Assembly: GCA_034521595.1 (NCBI GenBank)
Contig: JAXHMG010000002.1
Span: forward strand, 128,001 to 192,000
Source: Gemmatimonadota bacterium
GTDB taxonomy: Bacteria; Gemmatimonadota; Gemmatimonadetes; Longimicrobiales; Gaopeijiaceae
Length of the DNA stretch: 64,000 bases
Direction of reading: 5' to 3'
In this document: positions 1 through 10,391 of the stretch, one piece after another
Layout of the letters: every line of letters begins with the position of its first letter
Numbering within the stretch: the first letter of the stretch is position 1
Program-made: the position numbers and the translations under genes
Notes under the pieces: model-generated
The model's input: the letters and a program-made list of their open reading frames with translations, nothing else
The model's database searches: none
Told to the model about the DNA's origin: nothing

Positions 1-765
1 GGCCATCGTCCGCGCGCGCATCGCGTCGGGGTCGTTGCCCGAGACCCGCTGCACGTCTCCGGCCACGAGCTTGAGGTTGGCGCCCTGGTACGTGGCCCCG
101 CTCTCGTTCTCCAGAGTCACCCACCCGGTGAGGTCACCGGCCGTATCGTCTTCGTTGAGCACCATCACGTAATCGGCGGACCAGCTCAGATTCCGGGTCA
201 GGTACGACACCTCCACCCGTTGATCGCCTCCCGCGGCATCGAGTCGCCAGAGGAGGGTCGGCTCGGCGATGAGGTTGTCCGGAAGCTCCGGAAAGCCGAA
301 ACGGCCGGGATAGTCGAAGGTGATCTCACCGTCGATGCGGAGAATCGGTCCCCCGTTCACGGAGAGAACCTCGGCCTGGCGCGGCACGTCGACCCCGTCC
401 TCGTTCGTCCGGTACACGGTGACCGTCCGGCCCACGTACTTCTCGAGCAGCTTGTCCGGATTGAGCAGGTCGTACTGGTAGTTCTGCTCGAGCACTCGCA
501 TTCCCCCGCCTCCGAGCGGCCGAATGTGCACCGTCTCCGGCTGGATGCCCGACGCCACGTCCGCGAACTCGAGGTCCACCCGACCGTCGGCGAGGTCGAG
601 CGTGCGGACCTCGCGGACCAGCCCGAAGTTCTGGTTGTAGACGGTGATCGCGACCGACTCGCGCTCGTCGGCCGAGGAGTGGCGCACTTCCTGACCCGCC
701 ACCGGCACGGGAAGAGGGGTCGTGAGCGCGACCACCGCGATGGCCGCGGCTACGAAGTTACGCAT
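1..765 (-). CDS. DUF4139-domain secreted protein (3' end runs off the window)
   Basis: Own translation from ATG 765 (SD GGAGGT at 771-776): MRNFVAAAIAVVALT signal peptide, then VAITVYNQNFGLVRE, VLEQNYQYDLL, LSWSADYV, DLTGWVTLENESG. Not in the ORF track. Confidence 0.85.
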   Translation of the reverse strand, partial: MRNFVAAAIAVVALTTPLPVPVAGQEVRHSSADERESVAITVYNQNFGLVREVRTLDLADGRVDLEFADVASGIQPETVHIRPLGGGGMRVLEQNYQYDLLNPDKLLEKYVGRTVTVYRTNEDGVDVPRQAEVLSVNGGPILRIDGEITFDYPGRFGFPELPDNLIAEPTLLWRLDAAGGDQRVEVSYLTRNLSWSADYVMVLNEDDTAGDLTGWVTLENESGATYQGANLKLVAGDVQRVSGNDPDAMRARTMA

Positions 766-952
766 GGTGAACCTCCGAAGGGGTCGGAACAGGGCGATTC
801 CACGATGTCCGAAGCGCTCGGACGACGCGGTCTTCACAGGGTCTTGACGTTTCATTCGCTGCTTCGTGCACACGGCCGGGCACCCGGACCGCGCGGTTGA
901 ACACGCGGCTCGGCGCCGACATAGTGGACGGGTGTTCGATCCGCTTGGAGCC

Positions 953-2257
953 ATGACGCGACGAAGACGCCCGCCGGGCTTCCGCCCGACGGCGTGGGTC
1001 GTCGCGTGCGTGGCCGTCGCGGCCTGTGGCGGCGCTGAGGGCGGTGACACGGACGGTGCGGTCGAGCTCGAGGTGTGGTACCACGCCGGACAACCCGGAG
1101 AGCGCACCGCCCTCGAGGCGCAGGCGGCACGTTTCAACGCGCTTCAGGACTCCATCCGGGTCTCGCTCACGTTCCTGCCCGAAGGGTCCTATAACGCGCA
1201 GGTCCAGGCGTCGGCCGTCGCGGACCGACTCCCCGACCTCCTCGATCTCGACGGACCATACATCGCCACGTACGCGTGGCAAGGGCATATCCGCGCCCTC
1301 GACGATCTGCTCCCCGACTCGGTTCGGCGGGAGCTCCTCCCGTCCATCGTCGCCCAGGGAGAATGGCGCGGTTCGCTCTACGGCGTGGGCACCTTCGACT
1401 CGGGCCTCGCGCTCTACGCGGACGCCCGGGCGCTCGCGGCGGTCGAGGCCCGCATCCCTCGGAGTCCCGGTGAGGCGTGGAGCCGTGCCGAGCTCGACGA
1501 TCTCCTCGAGCGGCTCGCGGCAAGGGATCCCGACGGCGCCGTCCTGGACCTCAAGCTGAACTACGACGGGGAATGGTTCACCTACGCGTTCCAGCCCGCG
1601 CTTCGGTCCGCGGGCGGAGGGCTCCTCGACACCACGGGAGAGCGACCGGCGGCGAGCGGGATCTTGAACGGACCCGGATCGGTGTCGGCGGTCGGCGCGC
1701 TCCGGTCCTGGATGATGGACGGCCTGGTGGACCCCAACCTGGACGACGCGGCGTTCGTCAGGGGGCGTGTCGCCCTCTCGTGGAGCGGCCACTGGGACCA
1801 TCCCCGGTACCGCGAAGCGCTGGGCGACGACCTGTTGGTGCTCCCGCTCCCGGACTTCGGACGAGGAACCCGAACCGGACAGGGCTCCTGGGTCTGGACG
1901 ATTCCCGGAAGCACCGAGCATCCGGAAGCGGCCGCCGCGTTCCTCTCGTACCTGCTCGAGCCGGAGCAGGTTCTGGAGATGACCGACGCCAACGGAGCCG
2001 TGCCGGGAACCCGAGCCGCCGCCGCGGCCAGCACCGCCTACCGAGAGGGAGGCCCGCTCCACCTGCTGCTCCGACAGCTCGAGGAGGGGTGGTCGGTGCC
2101 CCGGCCGCAGACGCCGGCGTACCCGTTCGCTTCCTCGATCTTCCAGGACGCCTTCGAAGCGGTGCGGAACGGTGAGGACGTCACGGCGGTGCTCGACGAG
2201 GCGGCCCGAACCATCGACCGCGAGATCGACGACAACCACGGCTTCCTGGCTCCATGA
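953..2257 (+). CDS. Sugar ABC transporter substrate-binding lipoprotein
   Basis: Lipobox VAACG, SBP motifs LPDLLDLDGP and GQGSWVW; first gene of an ABC operon. Confidence 0.9.
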   Translation: MTRRRRPPGFRPTAWVVACVAVAACGGAEGGDTDGAVELEVWYHAGQPGERTALEAQAARFNALQDSIRVSLTFLPEGSYNAQVQASAVADRLPDLLDLDGPYIATYAWQGHIRALDDLLPDSVRRELLPSIVAQGEWRGSLYGVGTFDSGLALYADARALAAVEARIPRSPGEAWSRAELDDLLERLAARDPDGAVLDLKLNYDGEWFTYAFQPALRSAGGGLLDTTGERPAASGILNGPGSVSAVGALRSWMMDGLVDPNLDDAAFVRGRVALSWSGHWDHPRYREALGDDLLVLPLPDFGRGTRTGQGSWVWTIPGSTEHPEAAAAFLSYLLEPEQVLEMTDANGAVPGTRAAAAASTAYREGGPLHLLLRQLEEGWSVPRPQTPAYPFASSIFQDAFEAVRNGEDVTAVLDEAARTIDREIDDNHGFLAP

Positions 2258-3195
2258 GCACGGGACGCTCGCCCCGCGGAGCCGACATCCATCCGTGGAG
2301 CACTTCGCTCCGACTCGCGTCCACCCTGGCCGGACCGGCCTTCGTGGGGCTCGGCCTCTTCGTGGCGGCCCCCTTCCTGCTCGCGGTCGTCCTGTCCTTC
2401 ACCGACCTGCGGCTGGGCTCTCCCCTCCCGATCGAGTGGGTCGGGCTCGAGCAGTACCGCAGGGTGCTCACCTCCCCGACCTTCCGGCGCGCGTTCTTCA
2501 ACAACGTGTACTTCACCGCCGTCGTCGTGCCGGTTCAGACCGCCCTGGCCCTGGCCGCCGCGCTCCTGCTCGACCGGGGCGTGCGCGGCACCGCGCTCGC
2601 CCGCGTGGCTCTGCTCCTGCCGGTGGTCTTTCCCATGGCCCTCATCGCCGTGGTCTGGGAGCTTCTCTACGCCGCGGGCCCCGACGGCCCGCTCAACGCG
2701 CTCCTCGGAAGCCTGACCCTCGGGCTCTGGACGCCTCGTGACTTCCTGCGCGATCCCGCCCTGGCCATGCCCGCGATCATGGTCCTTTCGATCTGGCAGG
2801 GGATGGGCTTCCAGATGGTCATCCTCTCGGCGGGCCTCCAGGCGATCCCGGACCACCTCCACGAAGCGGCCGCGCTCGACGGCGCGGGACCGTGGGGCCG
2901 CTTCCGCCACGTCACGCTCCCGGGCCTGAAGCGTCCTCTCGTTCTGGTCGGGGTGGTAACGGCGATCCTCTCCTTCCGGCTCTTCGACCAGGTGCGCATC
3001 CTCACGCGCGGCGGGCCGGAGGAGCGCACCACCACGGTCATGTACGAAGCGGTCACGGCGGCGTTCGACCGCCAGCAGGTCGCGCTCTCGGCCGCGATGA
3101 GCGTGATCTTCTTCCTCGTCGTCCTCTCGATCTCGCTGGTCGGGAGTCGCGCCGGCGACTCGCACGCCCCGGCACGCACGGCGGAGGGCACGTGA
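2254..3195 (+). CDS. Carbohydrate ABC transporter permease
   Basis: EAA loop EAAALDGAGPWGRFRHVTLP, multiple TM segments, ATGA overlap. Confidence 0.92.
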   Translation: MSTGRSPRGADIHPWSTSLRLASTLAGPAFVGLGLFVAAPFLLAVVLSFTDLRLGSPLPIEWVGLEQYRRVLTSPTFRRAFFNNVYFTAVVVPVQTALALAAALLLDRGVRGTALARVALLLPVVFPMALIAVVWELLYAAGPDGPLNALLGSLTLGLWTPRDFLRDPALAMPAIMVLSIWQGMGFQMVILSAGLQAIPDHLHEAAALDGAGPWGRFRHVTLPGLKRPLVLVGVVTAILSFRLFDQVRILTRGGPEERTTTVMYEAVTAAFDRQQVALSAAMSVIFFLVVLSISLVGSRAGDSHAPARTAEGT

Positions 3196-4067
3196 GCGCG
3201 GGCGTGCCGCCGAACACCGCACCGAGCGGGTGGCGGGCGGGATCGGGCCGGGGGCGGCTCCTCACCGGCATGGCGCTCGGCGTGGCCGGTCTCGTATGGC
3301 TGGCACCGGTCCTGGTGATGGTCACGGCCAGCTTGCGTCCCGAGTCGCGAGTCCTCACCGAAGCCGGCACGCTCCGAGGCCTCGTCCCCGACGATCCCAC
3401 GCTCCAGAACTACCGGGACGTCTTCGACCGGGTCGCCTTCGCGCGGATCCTCTGGAACACCTTCGTCATCAACGCGTCGATCGTGGTGGGTGGGCTGGCG
3501 GTCAACTCCACCGCCGCGTACGCCCTCGCCCGTCTGGAGTGGCCCGGGCGCCGGCTGACGCTCGCGTTCGTCCTCGCGCTTCTGGTCGTGCCGTTCGAAG
3601 CGATCGCCGTGCCGCTCTTCTACGCGACGACCGTCCTGGGATGGCGGGACACGTATCTGGTCCAGATCCTCCCGTTCGTCGCCAACGCGCTCTCCATCTA
3701 CATCTTCTACACGTTCTTCCGCGGGCTCCCCCGCGAGGTGGAAGACGCGGCTCGGGTCGACGGCGCCGGACCGTGGCGCATCTTCCTGGAGGTCGTGGTG
3801 CCCTCGTCCCGGACGGTCTTCGCCACCGTGGCCATCGTCACCTTCGTGCTCCACTGGGGCCTGTACCTGTGGCCTCTCCTGGTCACCAGCCGCGTCGACG
3901 TGCGTCCGCTGCCCCTCGGGATCGCCACGTTTCGCACGCTGCCCCCGATCCAGTGGGGAGACGTCATGGCGTTCGCGGTGATGATGGTGGCGCCGGTCGC
4001 GCTCATCTTCACGATCCTCCAGAGGTGGTTCACGCGGAGCATCGCGGCCACGGGACTCAAGGGCTGA
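3192..4067 (+). CDS. Carbohydrate ABC transporter permease (second subunit)
   Basis: EDAARVDGAGPWRIF loop, AAYALAR motif; GTG start overlaps the previous stop. Confidence 0.92.
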   Translation: MSAGVPPNTAPSGWRAGSGRGRLLTGMALGVAGLVWLAPVLVMVTASLRPESRVLTEAGTLRGLVPDDPTLQNYRDVFDRVAFARILWNTFVINASIVVGGLAVNSTAAYALARLEWPGRRLTLAFVLALLVVPFEAIAVPLFYATTVLGWRDTYLVQILPFVANALSIYIFYTFFRGLPREVEDAARVDGAGPWRIFLEVVVPSSRTVFATVAIVTFVLHWGLYLWPLLVTSRVDVRPLPLGIATFRTLPPIQWGDVMAFAVMMVAPVALIFTILQRWFTRSIAATGLKG

Positions 4068-4068
4068 C

Positions 4069-5295
4069 ATGGCGGATATCCGGCTGACGAGCGTCGACAA
4101 GGTCTACCCTGGCGGCGTGCATGCGGTGCGTAAGCTCGACCTCGCCATCGAGGACGGGGAGCTCGTCGTCCTTCTGGGGCCGTCGGGGTGCGGGAAGTCC
4201 ACGGTGCTTCGCTTGGTGGCGGGGCTGGAGTCGCTGAGCGGGGGGGAGATACACATCGCCGGACGACGGGTGGACTCGGATCCACCGGACCGCCGGGACG
4301 TGGCCATGGTCTTTCAGAGCTACGCGCTGTACGGCCACATGACCGTACAGGAGAATCTCGAGTTCCCCCTGCGCATGCGTGGCGTCCCCGCGGCCGAGCG
4401 CCGTTCGCGCGCCGTGGAAACCGCCACGTTGCTCGAGCTGACCGACCTCCTCGATCAGCGCCCCGGAGCTCTTTCCGGGGGACAGCAGCAGCGGGTCGCC
4501 ATGGGGCGAGCGCTGGTACGGCAACCCGCCGCCTTCCTGCTGGACGAGCCCCTCTCGAACCTCGACGCCCGCCTGCGCGTGCACGTTCGCGAAGAGATCC
4601 GGAGCATCCAACGCAAGCTCGGCGTAACCACGCTGCACGTCACGCACGACCAGGTCGAAGCGCTGAGCCTCGGCGACCGCATCGCGGTGCTTCGCGACGG
4701 ACGCCTCCAACAGGTCGGGCCCGGCCAGGAGCTCTACGACCACCCCCGCAACACGTTCGTGGCGGCTTTCCTCGGACAGCCCGGAATGAATCTCCTCGAG
4801 GGCCGGCTCGCCCCGGAGCCTTCCGAACCGAATGGCGAGCCCACCGCGGAACGGCGGTCCGCACCTGCCGGAGCGTCCCCGCCCTCCGAGACCGCGGGCT
4901 CGTGGCGAGTCACGTTGACGGGCATGGAGGGCCGGCTCCCCGTGCCCGCATATCCGGCGGAGCTCGGCCGTTCCGCCACGTCGGGGCCACCGGACTCGGT
5001 GATCGTCGGCATCCGCCCGGAAGACGTGGACGTGGTCGGAGCCGAAAGCGGGCTGCTCCAGGGCACCGTGGAGACGGTCGAGGAGTTGGGAAGCGAGCGC
5101 GTTCTTCACGTGGAGCTACCGGCGCCAACCATGGACGCCACTCGCGAGGGAGGGACCCCCGCCCGGACGCTGTTCGCCGTGAGAACTCCGCGCACCCGAA
5201 CGTCCCCGGGGCCGGGGGAACGCATCCACCTGCACCCCCGTATTGAGAAGATCAGGGTATTCGACGCGCACGGCACCGCGATCGACATGGACTAG
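4069..5295 (+). CDS. Sugar ABC transporter ATP-binding protein (MalK/UgpC type)
   Basis: Walker A GPSGCGKST, LSGGQQQR signature, LLDEPLSNLD. Confidence 0.95.
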   Translation: MADIRLTSVDKVYPGGVHAVRKLDLAIEDGELVVLLGPSGCGKSTVLRLVAGLESLSGGEIHIAGRRVDSDPPDRRDVAMVFQSYALYGHMTVQENLEFPLRMRGVPAAERRSRAVETATLLELTDLLDQRPGALSGGQQQRVAMGRALVRQPAAFLLDEPLSNLDARLRVHVREEIRSIQRKLGVTTLHVTHDQVEALSLGDRIAVLRDGRLQQVGPGQELYDHPRNTFVAAFLGQPGMNLLEGRLAPEPSEPNGEPTAERRSAPAGASPPSETAGSWRVTLTGMEGRLPVPAYPAELGRSATSGPPDSVIVGIRPEDVDVVGAESGLLQGTVETVEELGSERVLHVELPAPTMDATREGGTPARTLFAVRTPRTRTSPGPGERIHLHPRIEKIRVFDAHGTAIDMD

Positions 5296-5303
5296 AGGGG
5301 CAT

Positions 5304-5543
5304 ATGTCATCCACGGATGCGACGGGCTACCGGCCCATCGACTGCAGCGTTCACGACCGCCTGGAAGCCTTCGCGGTGTCACGGACCGATTGCCGCGTCA
5401 CCTACACGGACCCGGCCACGGAGGAGCGTACGATCACCGGACGCATCGTCGACGTGTTCACCCGGGATGGCGCCGAGTTTCTGCGGATGGACGAGGGATC
5501 CGAGATCCGACTCGACCGCCTTCGCTCCTGCGAGCGCGTCTGA
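5304..5543 (+). CDS. rof: Rho-binding antiterminator Rof (YaeO) family
   Basis: 79 aa with YRPIDCSVHDRLE N-terminus and EIRLDRL C-terminus. Confidence 0.8.
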   Translation: MSSTDATGYRPIDCSVHDRLEAFAVSRTDCRVTYTDPATEERTITGRIVDVFTRDGAEFLRMDEGSEIRLDRLRSCERV

Positions 5544-5583
5544 TTATCTTCCGCGCCCTCGCGAACCGACACCCGGACATGCC

Positions 5584-6084
5584 ATGCCCAAGAACCAGTC
5601 CTTCGACATCTCCACGTCCGTAGACCTCCAGGAAGTCGACAACGCCGTCAATCAGGTGAACAAGGAGATCGCGACGCGTTACGACTTCCGGGGCACCAGT
5701 TGCACCGTGGAGCTCGACCGGGAAGCGGGCGTGGTGAAGCTGGACGCCGACGACGAGTACCGCCTCCAGGCCGTGCTCGGCGTGCTGCGAGAGAAGCTCA
5801 GTCGCCGCGGGGTTCCGCTGAAGAACGTGGACCTCGGCGAGGTCGAGGTCGGCACGATGGGGCGGGCCCGGCAGAGCGTGACGCTCAAGCAGGGCATCGA
5901 CCAGGAAACGGCCAAGCGGATCTCCAAAGACATCAAGGACGCGGGACTGAAGAAGGTCCAGGTCCAAATTCAAGGGGAGGAGGTCCGGGTGACCTCTCCG
6001 TCGCGTGACACCCTGCAGGAAGTCATCGCACTCGTGAAGGGAGGCGACTACGGCATGGAGTTGATGTTCGGCAACTTCCGCTGA
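5584..6084 (+). CDS. yajQ: YajQ family nucleotide/c-di-GMP-binding protein
   Basis: SFDISTSVDLQEVDNAVNQ, RYDFRG, VQIQGEEVRVT, ends FGNFR. Confidence 0.95.
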   Translation: MPKNQSFDISTSVDLQEVDNAVNQVNKEIATRYDFRGTSCTVELDREAGVVKLDADDEYRLQAVLGVLREKLSRRGVPLKNVDLGEVEVGTMGRARQSVTLKQGIDQETAKRISKDIKDAGLKKVQVQIQGEEVRVTSPSRDTLQEVIALVKGGDYGMELMFGNFR

Positions 6085-6160
6085 GCACCCGTAGGAACCC
6101 GCACCTTCCCACGGGCGCGGGCCCTCACGGCCCCGTCCCTCCGCCGTCGATCACATCGTA

Positions 6161-8119
6161 ATGGATCTCCATCCGCTCTGGCTCCAGGAGCACAGCGCAT
6201 CGTCGCTCGGGCGCCTCATGCCCCGCATCGAAGCCCGCTTCGCCGGCGAGGCCGACCCCGCCGAATGGGAGGCGTACGTCGAGCGGCTCCGGCGGCACTT
6301 TCCACGTCTCTTCGCCCAGCTCCACGCCCTCTACGGCCACCACTACGACTTTTTCTACCACCTCGAGAGCATCCTCACTTCCGCGACGGAGATGTGGCTC
6401 GCGCGGCCGGGGGAGTTGAAGGCGCTCGACGGGGTGCGGACCGCCGATCCGCACTGGTACCAGTCGAACCAGATGGTCGGCGCCTCCTGCTATGTCGACC
6501 GGTTCGCCGGGGATCTGGACGGCCTCCGAGAGCGGGTCCCGTACCTCTCCGAGCTCGGGGTCACGTGCCTCCACCTCATGCCGCTGTTCGAGGGGCCGGA
6601 AGGCGACGACGACGGGGGTTACGCGGTGAGCAGCTACCGACGGGTGGACCCGGAGCTCGGGACCATGGAGGAGCTGAGCGAGCTCGCGACCGAGCTCCGG
6701 CACCGCGGCATCTCCCTCGTCCTGGATTTCGTGTTCAACCACACGTCCGACGAGCACGAGTGGGCCCAGCGCGCCCTGGCCGGCGAGCCGGAGTACCGGG
6801 CGTTCTACCGCATGTACCCGGACCGCGAGATGCCGAACGCCTTCGAGCAGAGCATGCCGGAGGTCTTCACCGACGACCATCCGGGCGCGTTCACGTACCG
6901 CTCGGAGATCCGGAGGTGGGTGTGGACGACGTTCCATACGTACCAGTGGGACCTCAACTACGAGAACCCGGTCGTCTTCAACCGGATGCTCGAGGAGATG
7001 CTCTTCCTGGCCAATCAGGGCGTCGAAGTCCTCCGGCTCGACGCCGTGGCCTTCCTCTGGAAGCGGCTCGGCACGAACAGCCAGAATCTTCCCGAAGCCC
7101 ACCGCATCATTCGGGCGTTCAACGCGGTCGTCGCCATGGCCGCCCCCGCCACCGTGCTCCTCTCCGAAGCGATCGTCCACCCCGACGAAGTGCGGAAATA
7201 CGTGAGCGTCGAGGAGTGCCCCCTCTCATACAACCCCCAGCTCATGGCCCTCCTCTGGGAGGCCATGGCCACCCGCGACGTCCGCGTGCTGAGAACGTCC
7301 ATGGAGCGTCGGCTCGCCCTTCCCGAAGGGTGTAGCTGGATCAACTACGTGCGCTGCCACGATGATATCGGGTGGGCCTTCGCCGACGAAGAAGTCCGTG
7401 AATGCGGGTTCGATCCGGCCGCGCACAGGAAGTTTCTGACGGCGTTCTACACGGGTGCGTTCGACGGCAGCTTCGCGCGGGGAGAGCCCTTCCAGCCCGA
7501 TCCGGTCACCGGCCTCGCGCGGGTGTCCGGGACGGCGGCATCACTCGGCGGCGTCGAAGCGGCGCTCGAGGAGGAGGACGACGAGGAGCTCGAGCTCGCG
7601 ATCCGGCGGGTGCTGCTCCTGCACGGCATCGCGATCACCGTCGGGGGCATCCCCTTGATCTACCTCGGTGACGAAGTCGCCGCGCTCAACGACTACGGCT
7701 ACCACGACGATCCGGAGATGGCGGGGGACACGCGGTGGCTTCACCGGGCCGTGTTCGATCCCGAGCGAGCCGAGCTCCGCCATGACCCCGAGTCCGTCCC
7801 CGGACGGGTGTACCACGGGCTCTTGCGGCTGCTCCATCTGCGAAAGAGCAACCTGGCCTTCGGCGAGGCGACCACGGAGATCACGGACATGGGCAATCCG
7901 CACGTGTTCGGGTTCATCCGGAGCCGGGGCGACCGGATGGCTTTCGTGATCGCGAACTTCACCGAGCGTGCACAGTCGGTGGAAGCACGTCGCCTCCGTC
8001 AGATGGGGCTACGCAAGACCGCCGTGGACCTCTACGCGGGACGGACCGTGACGGCCACGCGCGAGCTGCGCCTCGAGCCGTATCAGCTCATGGTCCTCAG
8101 TCGGGGCCGCGCGGGCTGA
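6161..8119 (+). CDS. GH13 amylosucrase/sucrose hydrolase-like glycosidase
   Basis: DGGYAVS, LDFVFNHTS, catalytic RLDAVAF, SEAIV, RCHDDIG. Confidence 0.88.
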   Translation: MDLHPLWLQEHSASSLGRLMPRIEARFAGEADPAEWEAYVERLRRHFPRLFAQLHALYGHHYDFFYHLESILTSATEMWLARPGELKALDGVRTADPHWYQSNQMVGASCYVDRFAGDLDGLRERVPYLSELGVTCLHLMPLFEGPEGDDDGGYAVSSYRRVDPELGTMEELSELATELRHRGISLVLDFVFNHTSDEHEWAQRALAGEPEYRAFYRMYPDREMPNAFEQSMPEVFTDDHPGAFTYRSEIRRWVWTTFHTYQWDLNYENPVVFNRMLEEMLFLANQGVEVLRLDAVAFLWKRLGTNSQNLPEAHRIIRAFNAVVAMAAPATVLLSEAIVHPDEVRKYVSVEECPLSYNPQLMALLWEAMATRDVRVLRTSMERRLALPEGCSWINYVRCHDDIGWAFADEEVRECGFDPAAHRKFLTAFYTGAFDGSFARGEPFQPDPVTGLARVSGTAASLGGVEAALEEEDDEELELAIRRVLLLHGIAITVGGIPLIYLGDEVAALNDYGYHDDPEMAGDTRWLHRAVFDPERAELRHDPESVPGRVYHGLLRLLHLRKSNLAFGEATTEITDMGNPHVFGFIRSRGDRMAFVIANFTERAQSVEARRLRQMGLRKTAVDLYAGRTVTATRELRLEPYQLMVLSRGRAG

Positions 8120-9086
8120 CGTCGTCCGGGGCCTTCGGCGGGTCGTGCTCCGACGGCGGTGCCGCCGTCGTCTCGGAGGACCCGTCGGGAGTGGTGCGTC
8201 CACCGTTCGTCATTCGCACGGGAAAGTCGTCGGTCGCGCTTCCGACGTAGAGTGTCCGGTGCGGGAAGGGGATCTCCACCCCTTCGGCGTCGAAGCGCGC
8301 CTTGATGTCGAGCTGGATGCTCGTCTTCAGGCGCAGAAAGTTCTCCCGGGTCGTCCATACGCCGAACAGGAAGTCGATGGACGAGTCCCCGAACCCCTCG
8401 AAGATGACGATGGGGGGCGGCTCCATGAGACAGGTGGGGTTCTGCTTGGCGACGTCGAGAAGGATGTCCCGCACGCGAGCCGCGTCCTCCTTGTAGGCTA
8501 CACGGATGCGCACGTCCACCCGGCGGATCGGGAACCGGGTGACGTTGATCATCTGGCTCTTCACGAGCGTCTCGTTGGGAATCCGCACCATCCGGTTGTC
8601 CAACGTCCGGAGCTGCACGCTGAGCGTGTCGATCGAGACGACCCTCCCGCGCACGTCCCCTACCTCGATCAGGTCCTCGACCACGAAGGGACGCTCGGCG
8701 ATCAGGAAGAGCCCGCTGATGACGTTGGATACGCTGGTTTGCGACGCGAAGCCCAGGGCGATGCCGAGGACGCCCGCCGCCCCGAGCAGGGGCGCCAAGC
8801 TGAAGCCGAGCTCCCGCATGGTGGAGATCACGACCACGGTGAGGCCACCGTACAGCACGAGCTTGCCGGCCACCAGACCGGCCTGCGCGTGCATCCGGTT
8901 GGTCATCCACGCTCTGGCGGCGCGCGCCGCCAGGAGGACGAGCGGCACCCCGAGCAGGACCATGACCAACGCGCGCAGCGTCGTGCCCACCGGGACCGCT
9001 TCGACGAGGCGCGTCCATAGCGGAATGCCGGATCCTTCGGCTTCTTGGAACGCCAGCACGAGGGGGAGCGCACGCACAGGGCTCAC
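8097..9086 (-). CDS. Small-conductance mechanosensitive channel (MscS family)
   Basis: LGAAGVLGIALGFASQTSVSNVISG, RPFVVED, RIPN; GTG start overlaps the upstream stop. Confidence 0.9.
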   Translation of the reverse strand: MSPVRALPLVLAFQEAEGSGIPLWTRLVEAVPVGTTLRALVMVLLGVPLVLLAARAARAWMTNRMHAQAGLVAGKLVLYGGLTVVVISTMRELGFSLAPLLGAAGVLGIALGFASQTSVSNVISGLFLIAERPFVVEDLIEVGDVRGRVVSIDTLSVQLRTLDNRMVRIPNETLVKSQMINVTRFPIRRVDVRIRVAYKEDAARVRDILLDVAKQNPTCLMEPPPIVIFEGFGDSSIDFLFGVWTTRENFLRLKTSIQLDIKARFDAEGVEIPFPHRTLYVGSATDDFPVRMTNGGRTTPDGSSETTAAPPSEHDPPKAPDDVSPRGPD

Positions 9087-9850
9087 CCTCCGAGCATCGT
9101 GAAGGTGCGGAGCCGGTCGAAGGTGCGCGCCTGCAACCCCCGCCGTATTCCGATCCGGGGCTCGGAGACGGGGACCGCGTCCGGTGCTTCGGCGGGTGGG
9201 CTCCCGCCGAACTCGATCTCGCTTCCCTCCGCGGCGGCCAGATACCGGACGCCGACCTCGTCCGTCCAGATCCTGGAACCGCTCCTGAACAGGGACAGGT
9301 GGAGCGCGCGCACGGCGAACCGGTCGACCGGAAGCGCTTCGTTGGACTCGTTCTCCAGCCGGACCGGACACATGGCCATATGGGGAACGAATAGCTCGTC
9401 CGAAACTTCCGCCCGGGCCTTGGTCGTGAGCCAGTAAGCCAGCTCCCCTTCCTGGATGGTGCCCCACCAGGTATCGGAGAGCACCACGCTGGGCGCATCC
9501 AGCACCAGGAGGTCATCGAGCTCGGCGCTCACCACGACACCTTGGACGAACACAGGAAGACGCACGAACACCCGTGCGTCCCGGCGACCCGGAAGATGGA
9601 AAGGATATTCGTGCGAAACGACGAGGAGTCGGTCGGGCGCCGCCGGCCGGAGGTGGAGGCGAGCGTCCTCCGGAACCGCCCAGCGCTCCCAGTCCGCATC
9701 GGCTTCTTCGTCCCAATCGACGTCCCGTCCCACGCGCAACCGGATCTCGGTGTCCTGACGCCGCACGACGATGCGGAGCGTGCCGATCGTGAGCTCGGTG
9801 GAGTCACCGGGCGCGAGGTCGAGCGTGCCCCAGGGCGGTGAGTGGGTCAT
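9083..9850 (-). CDS. DUF432-like protein
   Basis: LSDTWWGTIQEGELAYW motif; coupled to the MscS gene. Confidence 0.65.
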   Translation of the reverse strand: MTHSPPWGTLDLAPGDSTELTIGTLRIVVRRQDTEIRLRVGRDVDWDEEADADWERWAVPEDARLHLRPAAPDRLLVVSHEYPFHLPGRRDARVFVRLPVFVQGVVVSAELDDLLVLDAPSVVLSDTWWGTIQEGELAYWLTTKARAEVSDELFVPHMAMCPVRLENESNEALPVDRFAVRALHLSLFRSGSRIWTDEVGVRYLAAAEGSEIEFGGSPPAEAPDAVPVSEPRIGIRRGLQARTFDRLRTFTMLGG

Positions 9851-9902
9851 AATGGACTCTTCGCCATCCGGAGCGACCCCGTCAAGACACCCACCCACAC
9901 GA

Positions 9903-9938
9903 AACGGGCGGGCCGGCTCGTGGCCGGGCCCGCCCGTT
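9903..9938 (-). terminator. GC-rich hairpin, probable terminator after slyD
   Basis: AACGGGCGGGCC...GGCCCGCCCGTT inverted repeat with a short U run on the minus strand. Confidence 0.55.
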
Positions 9939-9962
9939 CGTGCCGGCTGTCCTCCGATCCAC

Positions 9963-10391
9963 TCAGGCGATCTTGACCAGGAGGAGATCGAAGGTCAGCT
10001 CTTCGCCCGCCAACGGATGGTTGGCGTCGATCTTGATCTCCTCTTCGGTGGTGTCCGCGACGACGACCGGCACGGCCTGGCCGTCCGGGGTCTGCATGCG
10101 GAGCTGCTCACCCGGCTTGGGATCGAGCCCTTCCGGAAGCTGCGTGCGCGGCACGTCCATGACGAGCTCGTCACGACGCGGCCCGTAGGCTTCTTCCACG
10201 GGAACCTCAGCCGTCTTCTGGTCGCCGACGGACATCCCCTGGACGGCTTTCTCGAAGCCGGGGATCACGGCGCCCTCACCGATCGTGATCTCGAGAGGGT
10301 CACGATCCTGAGAACTATCGAACGTGGTTCCGTCCTGGAGGCGTCCGGTATAGTGAACATGAACGGTGTCGCCTTGCTTCGCCTCGGCCAT
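9963..10391 (-). CDS. slyD: FKBP-type peptidyl-prolyl isomerase (SlyD/FkpB-like)
   Basis: VHYTGRLQDGTTFDSS, IPGFE, IDANHPLAGEELTF; no His-rich tail. Confidence 0.9.
   Translation of the reverse strand: MAEAKQGDTVHVHYTGRLQDGTTFDSSQDRDPLEITIGEGAVIPGFEKAVQGMSVGDQKTAEVPVEEAYGPRRDELVMDVPRTQLPEGLDPKPGEQLRMQTPDGQAVPVVVADTTEEEIKIDANHPLAGEELTFDLLLVKIA

Noticed and set aside
220-900. 226-aa plus-strand ORF in the track
   Set aside because: The real gene is the minus-strand DUF4139 CDS (765 to the window edge), with SD and family motifs.
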